From an uncultured Chloroflexia bacterium (GTDB taxonomy: Bacteria; Chloroflexota; Dehalococcoidia; GIF9; AB-539-J10), in contig CAVYNS010000003.1 of assembly GCA_963769975.1 (NCBI GenBank), forward strand, positions 32,551 to 96,550: a DNA stretch of 64,000 nucleotides, given 5' to 3'. Made by a program: the position numbers and the translations under genes. The notes beneath the pieces are model-generated. The model was not told the DNA's origin. It worked only from the letters and a program-made list of their open reading frames with translations, and made no database searches. Shown here piece after piece: positions 36,927 through 47,302 of the stretch (its first letter is position 1; every line of letters begins with the position of its first letter).

Positions 36927-37391
36927 TCAGCGAGAGCTGACTATTTCTCCTTGGGCCCCTCCATCGATCGTGAGAATACCAAAAGAATCTGTAGCCTTGC
37001 CGGGATTGAAAAAGAGAATATCATTGATGACCTTGTTTTGGGATTGGTGAGAATGGCCATAGACGATAATATCAATCCGGTCTGACTCAAACAGCTTTCT
37101 TATTCTTTCTTTTATTCCCCAAGGACCGCCTGAGCCATGAGTTATGCCAATTCGCTTATTTTCTATTTCAACTATTTCCTTGACTGGGAGTGCGGTCTTT
37201 AGCTCCCTTGAATCCATATTACCATGAACTGCCTTCACCTCTCTTAGCTGTTTCAACTCTTCAAGCACTTGCATATCGGTGAAATCCCCAGCGTGGATTA
37301 TCAAGTCTACTGTGGAGAGGGCATCAATTATCTTTTTAGGGAGGTGTTCAAGCCTGTTTACATGAGTATCGGCAAGCACAGCTATCCGCAT
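36927..37391 (-). CDS. YfcE/MJ0936-family metallophosphoesterase
   Basis: MRIAVLADTHV, IHAGDF, HGNMD, ITHGSG, VYGHSH. Confidence 0.85.
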   Translation of the reverse strand: MRIAVLADTHVNRLEHLPKKIIDALSTVDLIIHAGDFTDMQVLEELKQLREVKAVHGNMDSRELKTALPVKEIVEIENKRIGITHGSGGPWGIKERIRKLFESDRIDIIVYGHSHQSQNKVINDILFFNPGKATDSFGILTIDGGAQGEIVSSR

Positions 37392-37429
37392 AGCAAGCCT
37401 CTTTAAGGTGAAAGACTATAAAATGCTTC

Positions 37430-37657
37430 TTACTGATGGTTTTGGGATGTAACTTGTTTAACCAACTGGATGGTTTTGTCCATACCAGATAGGGAGAAAG
37501 ATAACCCCAATTGCTTAAGCTCTTTGCAGCCTAATCCTTGGAACAATTTTCTTCCGGCTACTCTGGTCATTTCATCATAAATAGCTGGCCACTCTGGGCT
37601 CCGCCTCTGGGCACAAAAGAGAATAAAATCCCGAAGCTGGGGGGATATGTCATCCAT
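37430..37657 (-). CDS. Hypothetical small protein
   Basis: 75-aa ORF with no obvious RBS and no recognisable family. Confidence 0.3.
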   Translation of the reverse strand: MDDISPQLRDFILFCAQRRSPEWPAIYDEMTRVAGRKLFQGLGCKELKQLGLSFSLSGMDKTIQLVKQVTSQNHQ

Positions 37658-37812
37658 ATATTATTATTTTATGCCTGGGATGCTGGTTTAACAAACTTGT
37701 TTATGGCCGCTGAGATGTTATCCTCTCCCTTGTTTTTCCCTTGGATAACCCCTTGGTCAAGGCTTGAGTCTCATCCCTGCCCTTTGCCGCATATAAGTCC
37801 GGAAAAAATTTT

Positions 37813-38210
37813 GGGCGAGTAAACCTGTAAGCCGAGTTCTGTCCTCCATATGGAGTGGTGACCATCCATCTAGCCCTGATGTTACCATCAAGGTCAAGCG
37901 ACCAACCCGAGGGCCTCGGCCGGGCACCTTAAACTGACCCCGGAGTCTTGAGACTTTGGGGTAGTTGAGCCCTCTTATTCGGTCTTGCTCCAGGTGGGGT
38001 TTGTCCAGCCAACTAGTCTCCTGGTTGCTGGTGAGCTCTTACCTCACCATTTCACCCTTACCCGCACTGGCTAAGCCAGCCGCTGGTGGTGTGTTTCTGT
38101 GGCACTTTCCGTAGGGTCTCCCCTCCTGGGTGTTGCCCAGCACCCTGCCCGGTGGAGCTCGGACTTTCCTCCCCGATTGTATTGGGGCAGTCACCCGGTT
38201 TACTCGTCCA
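37813..38210 (-). ncRNA. rnpB: RNase P RNA, bacterial type A
   Basis: The reverse complement contains GGGGAGGAAAGTCCGAGCTCCACCGGGCAGGGTGC, GGTAAGGGTGAAATGGTGAGGTAAGAGCTCACC, and ACAGAACTCGGCTTACAGG. The P1 stem pairs GGACGAGTAAACC with GGTTTACTCGCCC. Confidence 0.9.
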
Positions 38211-38215
38211 AATCT

Positions 38216-38244
38216 ATTTTATAGTTAACTGGAGCAGAGGTCAA
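38216..38244 (-). promoter_or_regulatory. Sigma70-like promoter of rnpB
   Basis: On the minus strand: TTGACC (38244-38239), 17-nt spacer, TAAAAT (38221-38216). It ends 5 nt before the predicted RNA 5' end. Confidence 0.55.
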
Positions 38245-38457
38245 ATTCTTGGGCTGGCCAGGGCAAAATTGCCTGCTGGCAACAATCGTCTCAAATAATT
38301 TGTAACGCCAACTTTTGAGCTTTGAGTTGAAGCTAATGGGCAAAGATGAGTTGTGGCACAGCAACAAGACGCATCCCTGGTGTATAATATAAGAGAATGA
38401 TGACAAAGGTTCAGCAATGCTGGCGTAGGCTGGGCCGAAAGTATAACTGGAGGTGAA

Positions 38458-38763
38458 TTGATGCAACCACTAAACATGACCTGGGTTGCCGCAGGTAAGC
38501 GATATTGCACAGTTATAGCTACGCTAATAGCCCATGACGCATACTGGAACGGCCATAGCTGGGAGCAAGACGGCCGTAATACATTCTTATTCAGAACGCC
38601 AAATGGTAATTTCTTTGCCCAATATCAAACACTGTTGCCGGTTGAAACGGGGAAAATCGCCCCCTTAGAGATAGATGAAGCCGTATCTCTATACCACTCA
38701 CTATACAAAAAGGAAGTTCCCTTCGCAGTTGCTTTCCCAAGTGCCGAAATAGAGGACGCCTAA
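38458..38763 (+). CDS. Hypothetical protein
   Basis: 101-aa ORF with a GGAGGTG RBS. No recognisable family. Confidence 0.45.
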   Translation: MMQPLNMTWVAAGKRYCTVIATLIAHDAYWNGHSWEQDGRNTFLFRTPNGNFFAQYQTLLPVETGKIAPLEIDEAVSLYHSLYKKEVPFAVAFPSAEIEDA

Positions 38764-38945
38764 TACTCCTTAACCTTGCCCTGACCCGTGCCTGTTAACG
38801 TCCTTGTGCCAAACTAGCCCCTAAAAGAGCACAGACCTAAAAAGTTCAGTCAGGCTTTGAATCTACTCGAAATTGATACCCACCACTGCGGGGGATAGAA
38901 TCCTGGCTATTATAGACTTCCAGTTACCTAAACTATGATTTGAGT

Positions 38946-39254
38946 CTAGTATTTAGTATATGTCCAGGCTGATGTGGGCATTACCTCATAGATTGTTACC
39001 CTCGGCTCTGATATCAAGAGTGCCTCTGCTTCTTGTAGTATCTGTTGTCTGAGCTTTGAACTCTCCCATGCCTCCCAATCCTCAAGTCCTTTCCAATTGT
39101 ATAACAGGGCGGAAATAGAACTACCTTTCACACTCCTGATATGCTCAGCACTAATGAAACCTAGAAATGTCATGGCATATGACCTGAGTTTTAGGAATAG
39201 AGGTTGTATATCTGCACCCTTCTTCAGTTCATAACCTTCAATAACCTTTATCAT
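38946..39254 (-). CDS. Putative ABM/dimeric alpha-beta-barrel-like small protein
   Basis: 102 aa. The pattern (MIKVIEGYELKKG... WESSKLRQ...) fits ferredoxin-like ABM domains only loosely. Confidence 0.4.
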   Translation of the reverse strand: MIKVIEGYELKKGADIQPLFLKLRSYAMTFLGFISAEHIRSVKGSSISALLYNWKGLEDWEAWESSKLRQQILQEAEALLISEPRVTIYEVMPTSAWTYTKY

Positions 39255-39411
39255 TTATCTCCTTCTCCAAGCCAAAGTCTACCATACCAGGCTTCACTGT
39301 TCCAGTAACACTATTATAGCCCACGCCGGTATGTCAAAGTCTAGCAGAGATGCTGGCAAAAGGTCAGCAAGATTGCTTGAAGGGGTCGCTTTGAAGTAGA
39401 ATTTGGACTCA

Positions 39412-39503
39412 GGAGGGGTGACCGAGTGGCTTATGGTGACGGTCTTGAAAACCGTTTTCGCTTTTTTTAGCGAACGTGGGTTCGAATCCCACCCCCTCCG
39501 CCA
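39412..39503 (+). tRNA. tRNA-Ser (anticodon UGA) with encoded CCA
   Basis: Acceptor stem GGAGGGG/CCCCTCC. Anticodon stem ACGGT/ACCGT with loop CTTGAAA. Long variable arm TTCGC..GCGAA. T-arm GTGGG-TTCGAAT-CCCAC. Discriminator G followed by CCA. Confidence 0.9.
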
Positions 39504-39542
39504 TTTGAGAAATAGCGTGCCTATAAGGAACAAGGAGGCAAT

Positions 39543-40715
39543 TTGAAAATTCACGAGTATCAGGCCAAGGCACTTCTGGTTCAATATGGTATTCCCATTC
39601 CCAGAGGCAAGGTGGCTTCCACCCCGACCGAAGCTAGAGAGATAGCTGCTGAGATTGGCGGCAAGGTGGTAATCAAAGCCCAGGTCTATGCTGGGGGAAG
39701 AGGCAAGGCGGGTGGCATAAAGATAGTTAATAACCCGGCAGAGGCAAAGAAGGCAGCCAGTCAATTGATTGGAACCAGATTTGTGACTCATCAAACCGGA
39801 CCGGAAGGAGTGCTGGTGAGTAAGGTTCTGGTGGAAGAAGCTAGAGATGTGGCACGAGAGCTTTATCTCAGCATCCTCGTTGATGGAACCAGCCGCTTGC
39901 CAGTGATGATGGCCAGCGAGGCCGGGGGCATGGAAATTGAGGAAGTGGCTCAATCCACTCCGGAGAAAATATTCAGGAGTTATATTGACCCTGCCATTGG
40001 CTTTCAACCGTTCCAGGGTCGCAAGCTGGCTTATGGGATGAATTTGGACGGAGGCCAGATAGGCGAGGCTACACGGTTCATGACAAGCCTTTATAAGCTA
40101 TTTATAGACAAGGATTGCTCCTTGGCCGAGATAAATCCTTTGGTTGTTACCACTGACGGAAAGCTGCTGGCTCTCGACGCTAAACTTAATTTTGACGACA
40201 ATGCCCTGTACCGGCACAAAGATATTCAAGAACTCCACGATAAGGAGCAGGAGGAGCCTCTGGAAATCCAGGCTCATGAGTGGGGAATTAACAATTATGT
40301 CAAGATGGATGGCAATATCGGCTGCATGGTCAATGGCGCCGGGTTAGCCATGGCAGTCAACGACCTTATTCAATATTGTGGTGGTAGAGCAGCAAATTTC
40401 CTGGACATCGGCACACTTAATAACACTGAGAGGGTAGTAAACTCGTTCAAGATGTTTGTTGCCGACCCCAGAATTAAGGCTGTTCTGGTGAATATATTCG
40501 GAGGTATGGCCAGAGTGGATGTTATCGCCAGGGGGATAGTTGAAGCTTATCAGCAGATGGATATTTCCTTCCCCGTAGTCATTAGACTGGCAGGAACAAA
40601 CTTGGAAGAGGGTCAACGCATCCTGGCTGAGTCAGGGATAAGGTTCATCCAGGCTAAAGATTTCTATGATTGCGCTCGTAAGGTAGTCGAGGCAGCCAAA
40701 GGAGTAATGAAATGA
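39543..40715 (+). CDS. sucC: Succinyl-CoA synthetase (ADP-forming) beta subunit
   Basis: [15 protein letters not shown]-grasp motifs, [21 protein letters not shown] start after AAGGAGG. Confidence 0.95.
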   Translation: MKIHEYQAKALLVQYGIPIPRGKVASTPTEAREIAAEIGGKVVIKAQVYAGGRGKAGGIKIVNNPAEAKKAASQLIGTRFVTHQTGPEGVLVSKVLVEEARDVARELYLSILVDGTSRLPVMMASEAGGMEIEEVAQSTPEKIFRSYIDPAIGFQPFQGRKLAYGMNLDGGQIGEATRFMTSLYKLFIDKDCSLAEINPLVVTTDGKLLALDAKLNFDDNALYRHKDIQELHDKEQEEPLEIQAHEWGINNYVKMDGNIGCMVNGAGLAMAVNDLIQYCGGRAANFLDIGTLNNTERVVNSFKMFVADPRIKAVLVNIFGGMARVDVIARGIVEAYQQMDISFPVVIRLAGTNLEEGQRILAESGIRFIQAKDFYDCARKVVEAAKGVMK

Positions 40716-41587
40716 GTATCCTCGTTGATGAAAGCACCAGGCTTTTGGTTCAGGGTATTACGGGCAGCGAAGGTAGCTTTCATACCCAGCGCTGTATAGA
40801 ATACGGCACCAAGGTAGTGGCCGGAGTTACCCCTGGCAAAGGGGGCAGTAAGCACCTGGGAGTGCCCGTGTTCAATACTATAGAGAAAGCTATGGCTGAA
40901 ACCGGAGCTAATGCCAGTCTCATGTTTGTGCCTCCGGCCTTTGCTGCAGATGGCATTCTGGAGGCGATTGATGCTGGCACGCCCTTGATTGTGTGTATAA
41001 CTGAGGGCATACCAGTAGTAGACATGGTGAAAGTGCATCGCTACCTTAAAGGTAAACCAACTCGAATCATTGGACCTAATTGCCCGGGAGTCATGTCCCC
41101 GGGTAAATGCAAAGCTGGGATTATGGTGGGGGAAATCCATCTTCCCGGCAATGTGGGGGTGATCTCTCGCAGCGGCACCCTGACTTATGACGTCGTATCT
41201 CAGCTCACCAGCCTGGGAATCGGGCAATCCACCTGCGTTGGCATCGGTGGGGATGCCCTGCCCGGCAGCACCTTTGTAGACATCTTGAAATTATTTCAGG
41301 CAGACCAGAATACCAGGGCTGTAGTTCTTATTGGTGAGATAGGCGGCACTATGGAACAAGAAGCTGCGGAATTTATCAGTCACAAAATGACTAAACCTGT
41401 GGTCGCTTTTGTCGCTGGTAGTACTGCTCCGCCGGGGAAAAGAATGGGACATGCTGGGGCTATCATTACCGGCAGTGCTGGCAAAGCTTCTGAGAAAATA
41501 AAGGCTCTGTCACAGGCGGGGGCTACCATAGCTCCCACTCCCGCAGAAGTTGGCCTCACCACCAAGGAAGTGTTAGAAAATCTGTAG
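40712..41587 (+). CDS. sucD: Succinyl-CoA synthetase alpha subunit
   Basis: [34 protein letters not shown] (phosphohistidine). 4-nt overlap with sucC. Confidence 0.95.
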   Translation: MSILVDESTRLLVQGITGSEGSFHTQRCIEYGTKVVAGVTPGKGGSKHLGVPVFNTIEKAMAETGANASLMFVPPAFAADGILEAIDAGTPLIVCITEGIPVVDMVKVHRYLKGKPTRIIGPNCPGVMSPGKCKAGIMVGEIHLPGNVGVISRSGTLTYDVVSQLTSLGIGQSTCVGIGGDALPGSTFVDILKLFQADQNTRAVVLIGEIGGTMEQEAAEFISHKMTKPVVAFVAGSTAPPGKRMGHAGAIITGSAGKASEKIKALSQAGATIAPTPAEVGLTTKEVLENL

Positions 41588-41601
41588 ATATTGCTCATAA
41601 G

Positions 41602-43173
41602 GTGATTAAGAATCGCTATCCGTTAATTGAAGAAGTCTTTACTCCCTTGACTGCTCCTGAGCTGTTTGAGCTAATCAAGGACAGACCTTATAGCTTTTTT
41701 TTAGACAGCGGCATGGATCTTCAAAGGCTGGGGAGATATTCTTTTCTGGGCAGTGAGCCTTTTCTGGTGACGAGCAGTCGAGGCTCTGAAATCACCTTGA
41801 TTCGGGGACAGGAGCACAAAGTGCAGCATGGTAACCCTTTTGATACTATAGGCAAGCTGCTGGAGATATATAAGTTAGACCATTGTCCAGCACCCGTATC
41901 CTTCCTGGGTGGAGCGGTTGGCTATTTTAGCTATGATCTGTGCCACTTCATCGAACGCCTGCCATCCACAGCTATAGACGACCTTAAACTCCCTGAGAGT
42001 TATTTTGCCTTCTATGATACTATCGTGGCCTTCGATCACTTGGAAGGGAAAGCCTACCTTGTTGCCACAGGCTTCCCTGAGATGGAGGAAGGGCAGCGGT
42101 TAAGGCGAGCCAGGATGAGACTGGAGGAGATGAAGGATTGGCTTTGTCCTAGCCATTCAGTCATTGCGGTGAACCGAAGTCTTGAGCAAAGTGAAGGAGA
42201 AGCGAAGCAATCCCGCGATAGAGGTTGCGGAGCTTGTTCCGAGCGTGAGCGAGGAATCTCGTCGAGTTTGCTTCAGCTTCGCCTCGCAACCGCTACTGCT
42301 CCTCGCAATGACAGGCAAGACAAAGAAATTTTGCTTAAGTCCAATTTTACTCCCGAGGAATATATGAAAGCTGTGAATAGAGTGCGGGAGTATATCGCCG
42401 CTGGCGATGTCTTTCAAGTCAATCTTTCTCAAAGGTTTGAGGCTGATTTAAAAATTCCGCCCTATGAGCTTTATAAGCGACTGAGGATAATTAATCCTGC
42501 TCCCTTTGCCAGCTATCTCAATTTCTCGGGCGTAGCCATTGTCAGCGCCTCTCCCGAAAGATTCCTCAACGTCCAAAGCGACCTAGTAGAGACGCGACCG
42601 ATAAAGGGCACGAGACCACGAGGCAGAGACCCTGTTAAAGATGAGCGCTTGGCTCATGAGTTGATCCACAGCGCTAAAGACCGTGCAGAAAACATGATGA
42701 TTGTTGATTTGGAGAGGAATGATTTAGGACGAGTTTGCCGCTATGGCACAGTAAAGGTTACCGAATTAGCTATCCTGGAGACTTTTCCCACCGTATTTCA
42801 TCTCACCTCTACCATCGTGGGCAGGCTACGCCGAGGCAAGAGCAACATTGACCTGCTGAAGGCTACTTTCCCGGGCGGCTCCATTACCGGCGCTCCTAAG
42901 GTGCGGGCTATGGAGATTATTGATGAACTGGAGCCGACCAGGAGGAGTGTCTATACCGGCTCTATAGGCTATTTGGGCTTCAACGAGGACATGGATATCA
43001 GCATCGTTATCCGCACTTTCTTAATCAAGGAAGGCAAAGCTTATTTTCAGGTGGGTGGTGGAATTATTTACGACTCTGACCCGGAAGCGGAATATGTGGA
43101 AACCTTGGACAAAGCCAGGGCTCTGATTCAAGCTTTACAGTTAGCGCCGGAAGTGGTTGTAACCACAAAATAA
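41602..43173 (+). CDS. pabB: Chorismate-binding enzyme, aminodeoxychorismate synthase component I (PabB/TrpE family), carrying an in-frame repeat insertion
   Basis: PYSFFLDSG, GDVFQVNLSQRF, SASPERF, PIKGTRPRG, DRAENMMIVDL, FPGGSITGAPK, GGGIIYDS. Confidence 0.85.
   Translation: MIKNRYPLIEEVFTPLTAPELFELIKDRPYSFFLDSGMDLQRLGRYSFLGSEPFLVTSSRGSEITLIRGQEHKVQHGNPFDTIGKLLEIYKLDHCPAPVSFLGGAVGYFSYDLCHFIERLPSTAIDDLKLPESYFAFYDTIVAFDHLEGKAYLVATGFPEMEEGQRLRRARMRLEEMKDWLCPSHSVIAVNRSLEQSEGEAKQSRDRGCGACSERERGISSSLLQLRLATATAPRNDRQDKEILLKSNFTPEEYMKAVNRVREYIAAGDVFQVNLSQRFEADLKIPPYELYKRLRIINPAPFASYLNFSGVAIVSASPERFLNVQSDLVETRPIKGTRPRGRDPVKDERLAHELIHSAKDRAENMMIVDLERNDLGRVCRYGTVKVTELAILETFPTVFHLTSTIVGRLRRGKSNIDLLKATFPGGSITGAPKVRAMEIIDELEPTRRSVYTGSIGYLGFNEDMDISIVIRTFLIKEGKAYFQVGGGIIYDSDPEAEYVETLDKARALIQALQLAPEVVVTTK
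42160..42312. mobile_element. 153-bp palindromic (MITE/RPE-like) element inserted in frame in pabB
   Basis: 9-bp perfect terminal inverted repeats GTCATTGCG (42160-42168) and CGCAATGAC (42304-42312). Both arms carry the GCGAAGCAATC core seen in intergenic copies. Length is 51 codons and the element starts at codon position 1. Confidence 0.7.
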
Positions 43174-43202
43174 AAGGTGCCGGGAAGTCACAAGTCGGAG
43201 CA

Positions 43203-43231
43203 TTGAAAAACTGGCGACTATGCCGTATCAT
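43203..43231 (+). promoter_or_regulatory. Sigma70-like promoter upstream of the carboxyltransferase/acyl-CoA dehydrogenase genes
   Basis: TTGAAA (43203-43208), 17-nt spacer, TATCAT (43226-43231). Confidence 0.5.
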
Positions 43232-43298
43232 AGCAGGATTGAACCAGTGAGCGATTATTTTTCGTATAGGAATCCCTTTTTGAGGGGAGGTGAGATTT

Positions 43299-44879
43299 AT
43301 GGCTAACGAGTCGGGTAAAGGTCTTGATAAGATAAAGGAACTGAAAAGAAAGCAAGAACACATCTTGCAGATGGGAGGGCCCAAGGCGGTTGAAGAGCGC
43401 CATAAGAAGGGGCAGATGTCAGCCCGGGAGAGAATAAATTATTTCTTCGACCCTGGCACATTCACAGAAATAGGCTTGTTTGTCAAGCATAGGACGACTG
43501 CTTTTGGCATGGACAAGAAGGAGGTGCCTGCTGAAGGGGTAATTACTGGCTTCGGTAAAGTGAATGGCCGGCATGTCGTTGTGGCTGCTGAGGATTATAC
43601 CGCAATGGCGGGAACCTTTGGCGAATATCACGGTAAGAAATTTGTTCGTGCTGTAGAATTCGCCAAAGATAATGGATGGCCATTTGTGGGTATGAATGAC
43701 TCCGGAGGCGCTCGACTGCAAGAAGGGATGGACACCTTGGAAAGTTACGGATGGCTGTTCAGGTCTCAAATACTTGCGTCGGGGATAATACCCCAGATAG
43801 CTCTACTCATGGGCCCTTGTTTAGGAGGCCAAGCGTATCATCCTGTAATGCAGGATTTTCTCATTCAAACAAAACGCACGGGATTTATGGGCATTGCTGG
43901 CCCGGCTTTTGTTAAAACTCAAACTGGGGAGGAAATCAGCCTCGAGGAACTTTCCGGCTACAAAGCTCATGCCATCAAATCGGGGCAAACACACATCGTG
44001 GCTGAAGATGATGCAGATTGTCTGGATAAGTGTAAGGAACTTCTGTCCCTTTTGCCTTCCAGCAACAGAGAGAAACCACCTCGCATCGCAACGGACGATG
44101 ACCCAGAGAGGAAAGAAGATTTGCTGAGCCTGCTGCCAGAACATCCATACGAACCTTTCGATATGTATGAAGTTATCAGAAAAATAGTTGACCAGGGTTA
44201 TTTCTTTGAGACCTTGGGACTCCACGCCCGGAATATAATCACGGGTTTTGCCCGCTTCAACGGACGTCCTGTGGGAATAGTAGCTACCCAACCGAAGTGG
44301 ATGGCAGGTTGTATAGATATTGATGCTGCTGACAAAGGAGCTAGGTTTGTCAGGTTTTGCGACCTATTCAACATTCCCTTGGTCACTCTGCATGATTCCC
44401 CGGGGTATCTGATAGGTTCTCAGCAAGACTGGGGCGGAATCCTGCGCCATGGTGCCAAGCTGCTTTTTGCCTGGGCTGATGCCACCGTGCCCCTGATTGC
44501 AATCATAATTAGAAAGTCCTATGCCGGCGCTCATTACGGTATGCTGGACAAAGCTATTGGAGCTGATTTCGTCTTTGCCTGGCCTACGGCCCAAGTTACC
44601 ATTGTCGGTGCTGAAACTGCTGCCAGCGTTATCTTTGCCAGAGAAATAAAGGAAGCGGATAAGCCTGATGAGGTGCAAGCACAAAGGATAAAGGAATTCT
44701 CGGAAATGTACGAAAACCCTTACCGCGCTGCAGAGAGGGGCTATGTTGATGATGTGATAGACCCTTCAGATACCAGAAAAGTCATAAACAGCGCACTGGA
44801 TATCTTGGGAGATAAGAACAAGGATAACAAGGCATTCCTCGCCAAACCGTGGAGAAAGTATTCCAACATCAATCTCTGA
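43299..44879 (+). CDS. Acyl-CoA carboxylase carboxyltransferase (beta) subunit / biotin-dependent decarboxylase alpha-like
   Basis: Carboxyl-transferase family (ARERINYFFDPGTF, DSGGARLQEG, PGYLIGSQQDWGGILRHGAKL). The ATG at 43299 follows a GGAGGTGA RBS. No biotin carboxylase or BCCP gene lies nearby. Confidence 0.85.
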   Translation: MANESGKGLDKIKELKRKQEHILQMGGPKAVEERHKKGQMSARERINYFFDPGTFTEIGLFVKHRTTAFGMDKKEVPAEGVITGFGKVNGRHVVVAAEDYTAMAGTFGEYHGKKFVRAVEFAKDNGWPFVGMNDSGGARLQEGMDTLESYGWLFRSQILASGIIPQIALLMGPCLGGQAYHPVMQDFLIQTKRTGFMGIAGPAFVKTQTGEEISLEELSGYKAHAIKSGQTHIVAEDDADCLDKCKELLSLLPSSNREKPPRIATDDDPERKEDLLSLLPEHPYEPFDMYEVIRKIVDQGYFFETLGLHARNIITGFARFNGRPVGIVATQPKWMAGCIDIDAADKGARFVRFCDLFNIPLVTLHDSPGYLIGSQQDWGGILRHGAKLLFAWADATVPLIAIIIRKSYAGAHYGMLDKAIGADFVFAWPTAQVTIVGAETAASVIFAREIKEADKPDEVQAQRIKEFSEMYENPYRAAERGYVDDVIDPSDTRKVINSALDILGDKNKDNKAFLAKPWRKYSNINL

Positions 44880-44894
44880 GAAAGGAGTAAGAAG

Positions 44895-46052
44895 GTGGAT
44901 TTCAGCTTCACTGAAGAACAAAATAAATTTAGACAGGAGTTGCGGAACTTTTTAGAGGAGGAGATAAGTAAAGGGTATTGGGAACCTACCTGTGATGCCT
45001 GGGTACAAGGCTTCGACCCCGGATTTACCAAACGGGTGGCGGAGAGGGGCTGGATAGGACTAACCTGGCCTAAGGAGTATGGCGGACAGGGGCGCAACCA
45101 TATAGATAGGCTTATCCTTACTGAAGAAATGCTACGCTATGGGGCGCCGGCAGCTTGTCACTGGTTTGGCGACCGTCAGGTTGGAGGTGCTATCCTCTCC
45201 TTTGGCTCAGAAGAGTTAAAGAGAGAATTTCTGCCCAGGATTACCAAGGGAGAGGCTTATTTTGGTCTAGGAATGAGCGAACCGGGAACTGGTTCCGACT
45301 TGGCCTCGCTACAAACCAGGGCAGTAGAAGATGGTGATTATTATGTAATTAACGGGCAAAAAACCTGGACTAGCTGTGCCTCCTTTTCTGAATATTTCGA
45401 TGTGTATGTTCGCACAGATCCCGAGGCGCCAAGGCATAGGGGCATTAGTGAATTTATCGTAGATGCAAAGTCGCCCGGCGTCAGCCGCATTCCCATGATT
45501 GATATTACCGACACCGAAGCTTGGAATGATGTCTTCTTTGACAATGTCCGCGTGCACAAGAGGTATTTAGTGGGGGAGAAAAACCGTGGCTTTTATCAAG
45601 TCCTCCACCAGCTTGATTATGAAAGGAGTGGCATGGAACGCCTCATGGGCAATTATCCCCTATTCGAGGCCATCATACAATTTGCCAAAGACAATAAATT
45701 GTCTCGTGAGTCTGTAATTCGTAATAAACTGGCGCAACTACAGATTGAGTTTGAGGTGGGGCGCTTGCTTATTTATAGAGTGGCTTTGGTCATGGAGGAA
45801 GGGCGGGCCCCTAATTGGGAATCCGCCATGTCCAAGGCCTATACCACGGAATTTGAGAAGCGCCTGGCTGGCGTGGCTATGGAGGTCTTGGGGCCCTATG
45901 GGCAGCTAAAGTTGGGCTCTAAGTTTGTCCCTCTGCGAGGCATGGCCTTGCATTCATACTTAGGCTCTAAAGGTTATAGTCTTCAAGCTGGCACAACGGA
46001 AATCTTAAAAAATATCCTGGCTACACGGAGATTGGGATTACCAAGCTCATAA
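44895..46052 (+). CDS. Acyl-CoA dehydrogenase
   Basis: ACAD fold motifs GLGMSEPGTGSDLASL, NGQKTWTS, and a C-terminal QAGTTEILKNILA. Confidence 0.9.
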   Translation: MDFSFTEEQNKFRQELRNFLEEEISKGYWEPTCDAWVQGFDPGFTKRVAERGWIGLTWPKEYGGQGRNHIDRLILTEEMLRYGAPAACHWFGDRQVGGAILSFGSEELKREFLPRITKGEAYFGLGMSEPGTGSDLASLQTRAVEDGDYYVINGQKTWTSCASFSEYFDVYVRTDPEAPRHRGISEFIVDAKSPGVSRIPMIDITDTEAWNDVFFDNVRVHKRYLVGEKNRGFYQVLHQLDYERSGMERLMGNYPLFEAIIQFAKDNKLSRESVIRNKLAQLQIEFEVGRLLIYRVALVMEEGRAPNWESAMSKAYTTEFEKRLAGVAMEVLGPYGQLKLGSKFVPLRGMALHSYLGSKGYSLQAGTTEILKNILATRRLGLPSS

Positions 46053-46055
46053 ACT

Positions 46056-46108
46056 GTCGCCTGAGCAAAGAATGGCTTAAAGATTCTTCGCCGGCAGCTC
46101 AGAAGGGT
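46056..46108. repeat. Short palindromic intergenic repeat (same family)
   Basis: GTCGCCTGAGCAAAGAATGGC faces the reverse complement of ACCCTTCTGAGCTGCCGGCGAAGAATC. Confidence 0.5.
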
Positions 46109-46138
46109 AATCGGAATGTTTGATACAGGAGGATAGCT

Positions 46139-47263
46139 ATGAAGTTAACTCTTACCGAAGAACAAGAAATGCTAAGAAAAACAGCCCGCGACTTCTTGAC
46201 TGATAAGTGCTCAAAAAAATTCATTAAACAGATAGAAGAGAGCGAGACTGGTTATTCCAAAGAACTCTGGCAAGAGATGGCTGAGCTGGGCTGGATGGGC
46301 TTGGCCTTCCCTGGTAAATATGGCGGCGGCGACATGAGTTTTCTTGACCTGGCAGTGCTACTAGAGGAGATAGGACGAGCTTGCTTACCCGGCCCGTTTT
46401 TTTCCACAGTGGTTCTTGGAGGCTTGTCCATCTTAGATGTTGGGAGTGAAGAGCAAAAACAAGAATATCTGCCCAAGCTAATCCGTGGCGAGAAAATCCT
46501 TACCTTAGCCCTCACTGAACCCGGTTATCGCAATTACGATGCCTCTTCAGTCGCAGTTGAGGCTACTCGCGATGATGGCAACTATATCATCAACGGCACA
46601 AAACTGTTTGTCCCTGATGCTCATATTGCTGACTACCTGCTATGTGTTGCCAGAACCAAACCTAAGAGCGGAATCACCATATTCTTGACCGACGCCAAGA
46701 ATCCTAGAATAGAGTACACTGTTCTAAAGACTACCGCTGGTGATAAGCTATGTGAGGTGGTTTTTGACCAAATGCCGGTACCTAAAGCTAACATTTTGGG
46801 ACGGCTGAACCAGGGACGGAGTGCAGTGCAAAAGATAATCCAGCGGGCAGCGGTGGGGAAATGTTGTGAGATGGTCGGCAATATTCAGCGAGTGTTGGAG
46901 ATGACCGTGGACTACGCCAAGGAAAGGAAACAATTCGACCGTCCTATTGGCAGCTTTCAGGTTATACAGCACTATTGCGCCGATATGGCAACCGATGTTG
47001 ATAGCGCCAGGTTTAGCACTTACCAGGCAGCCTGGATGTTAAGTGAAGAACTTCCCTGCACCAAAGAAGTGGCCATAGCTAAGGCCTGGATAGGCGAGGC
47101 CTCCCAACGTGTCTTTGCTCTGGCGCACCAAATTCACGGGGCTATTGGCGTTACCATAGAACATGACCTGCATTATTACACCAGACGTGCCAAAGCCGCC
47201 GAGCTTGCCTTTGGCGATGCCGATTTCTATCGTGAAGTAGTAGCCAGAGAGATGGGATTGTGA
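46139..47263 (+). CDS. Acyl-CoA dehydrogenase (second paralogue)
   Basis: ACAD fold (LALTEPGYRNYD, INGTKLFV, RKQFDRPIGSFQVIQH). Confidence 0.85.
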   Translation: MKLTLTEEQEMLRKTARDFLTDKCSKKFIKQIEESETGYSKELWQEMAELGWMGLAFPGKYGGGDMSFLDLAVLLEEIGRACLPGPFFSTVVLGGLSILDVGSEEQKQEYLPKLIRGEKILTLALTEPGYRNYDASSVAVEATRDDGNYIINGTKLFVPDAHIADYLLCVARTKPKSGITIFLTDAKNPRIEYTVLKTTAGDKLCEVVFDQMPVPKANILGRLNQGRSAVQKIIQRAAVGKCCEMVGNIQRVLEMTVDYAKERKQFDRPIGSFQVIQHYCADMATDVDSARFSTYQAAWMLSEELPCTKEVAIAKAWIGEASQRVFALAHQIHGAIGVTIEHDLHYYTRRAKAAELAFGDADFYREVVAREMGL

Positions 47264-47302
47264 CCGTTAAGTCCACACTAAATTGGAGCAGAGCCTGAGC
47301 GA

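Noticed and set aside
37538-38298. ORFs 37538-37822 and 38086-38298 (+), plus overlapping minus-strand ORFs at 38200-38510
   Set aside because: The region 37813-38210 is RNase P RNA with canonical conserved blocks. The ORFs are artefacts of structured GC-rich RNA and its flanks.
39294-40007. 237-aa minus-strand ORF spanning tRNA-Ser and the 5' end of sucC
   Set aside because: It overlaps a well-folded tRNA and the strongly supported sucC. The translation has no family resemblance.
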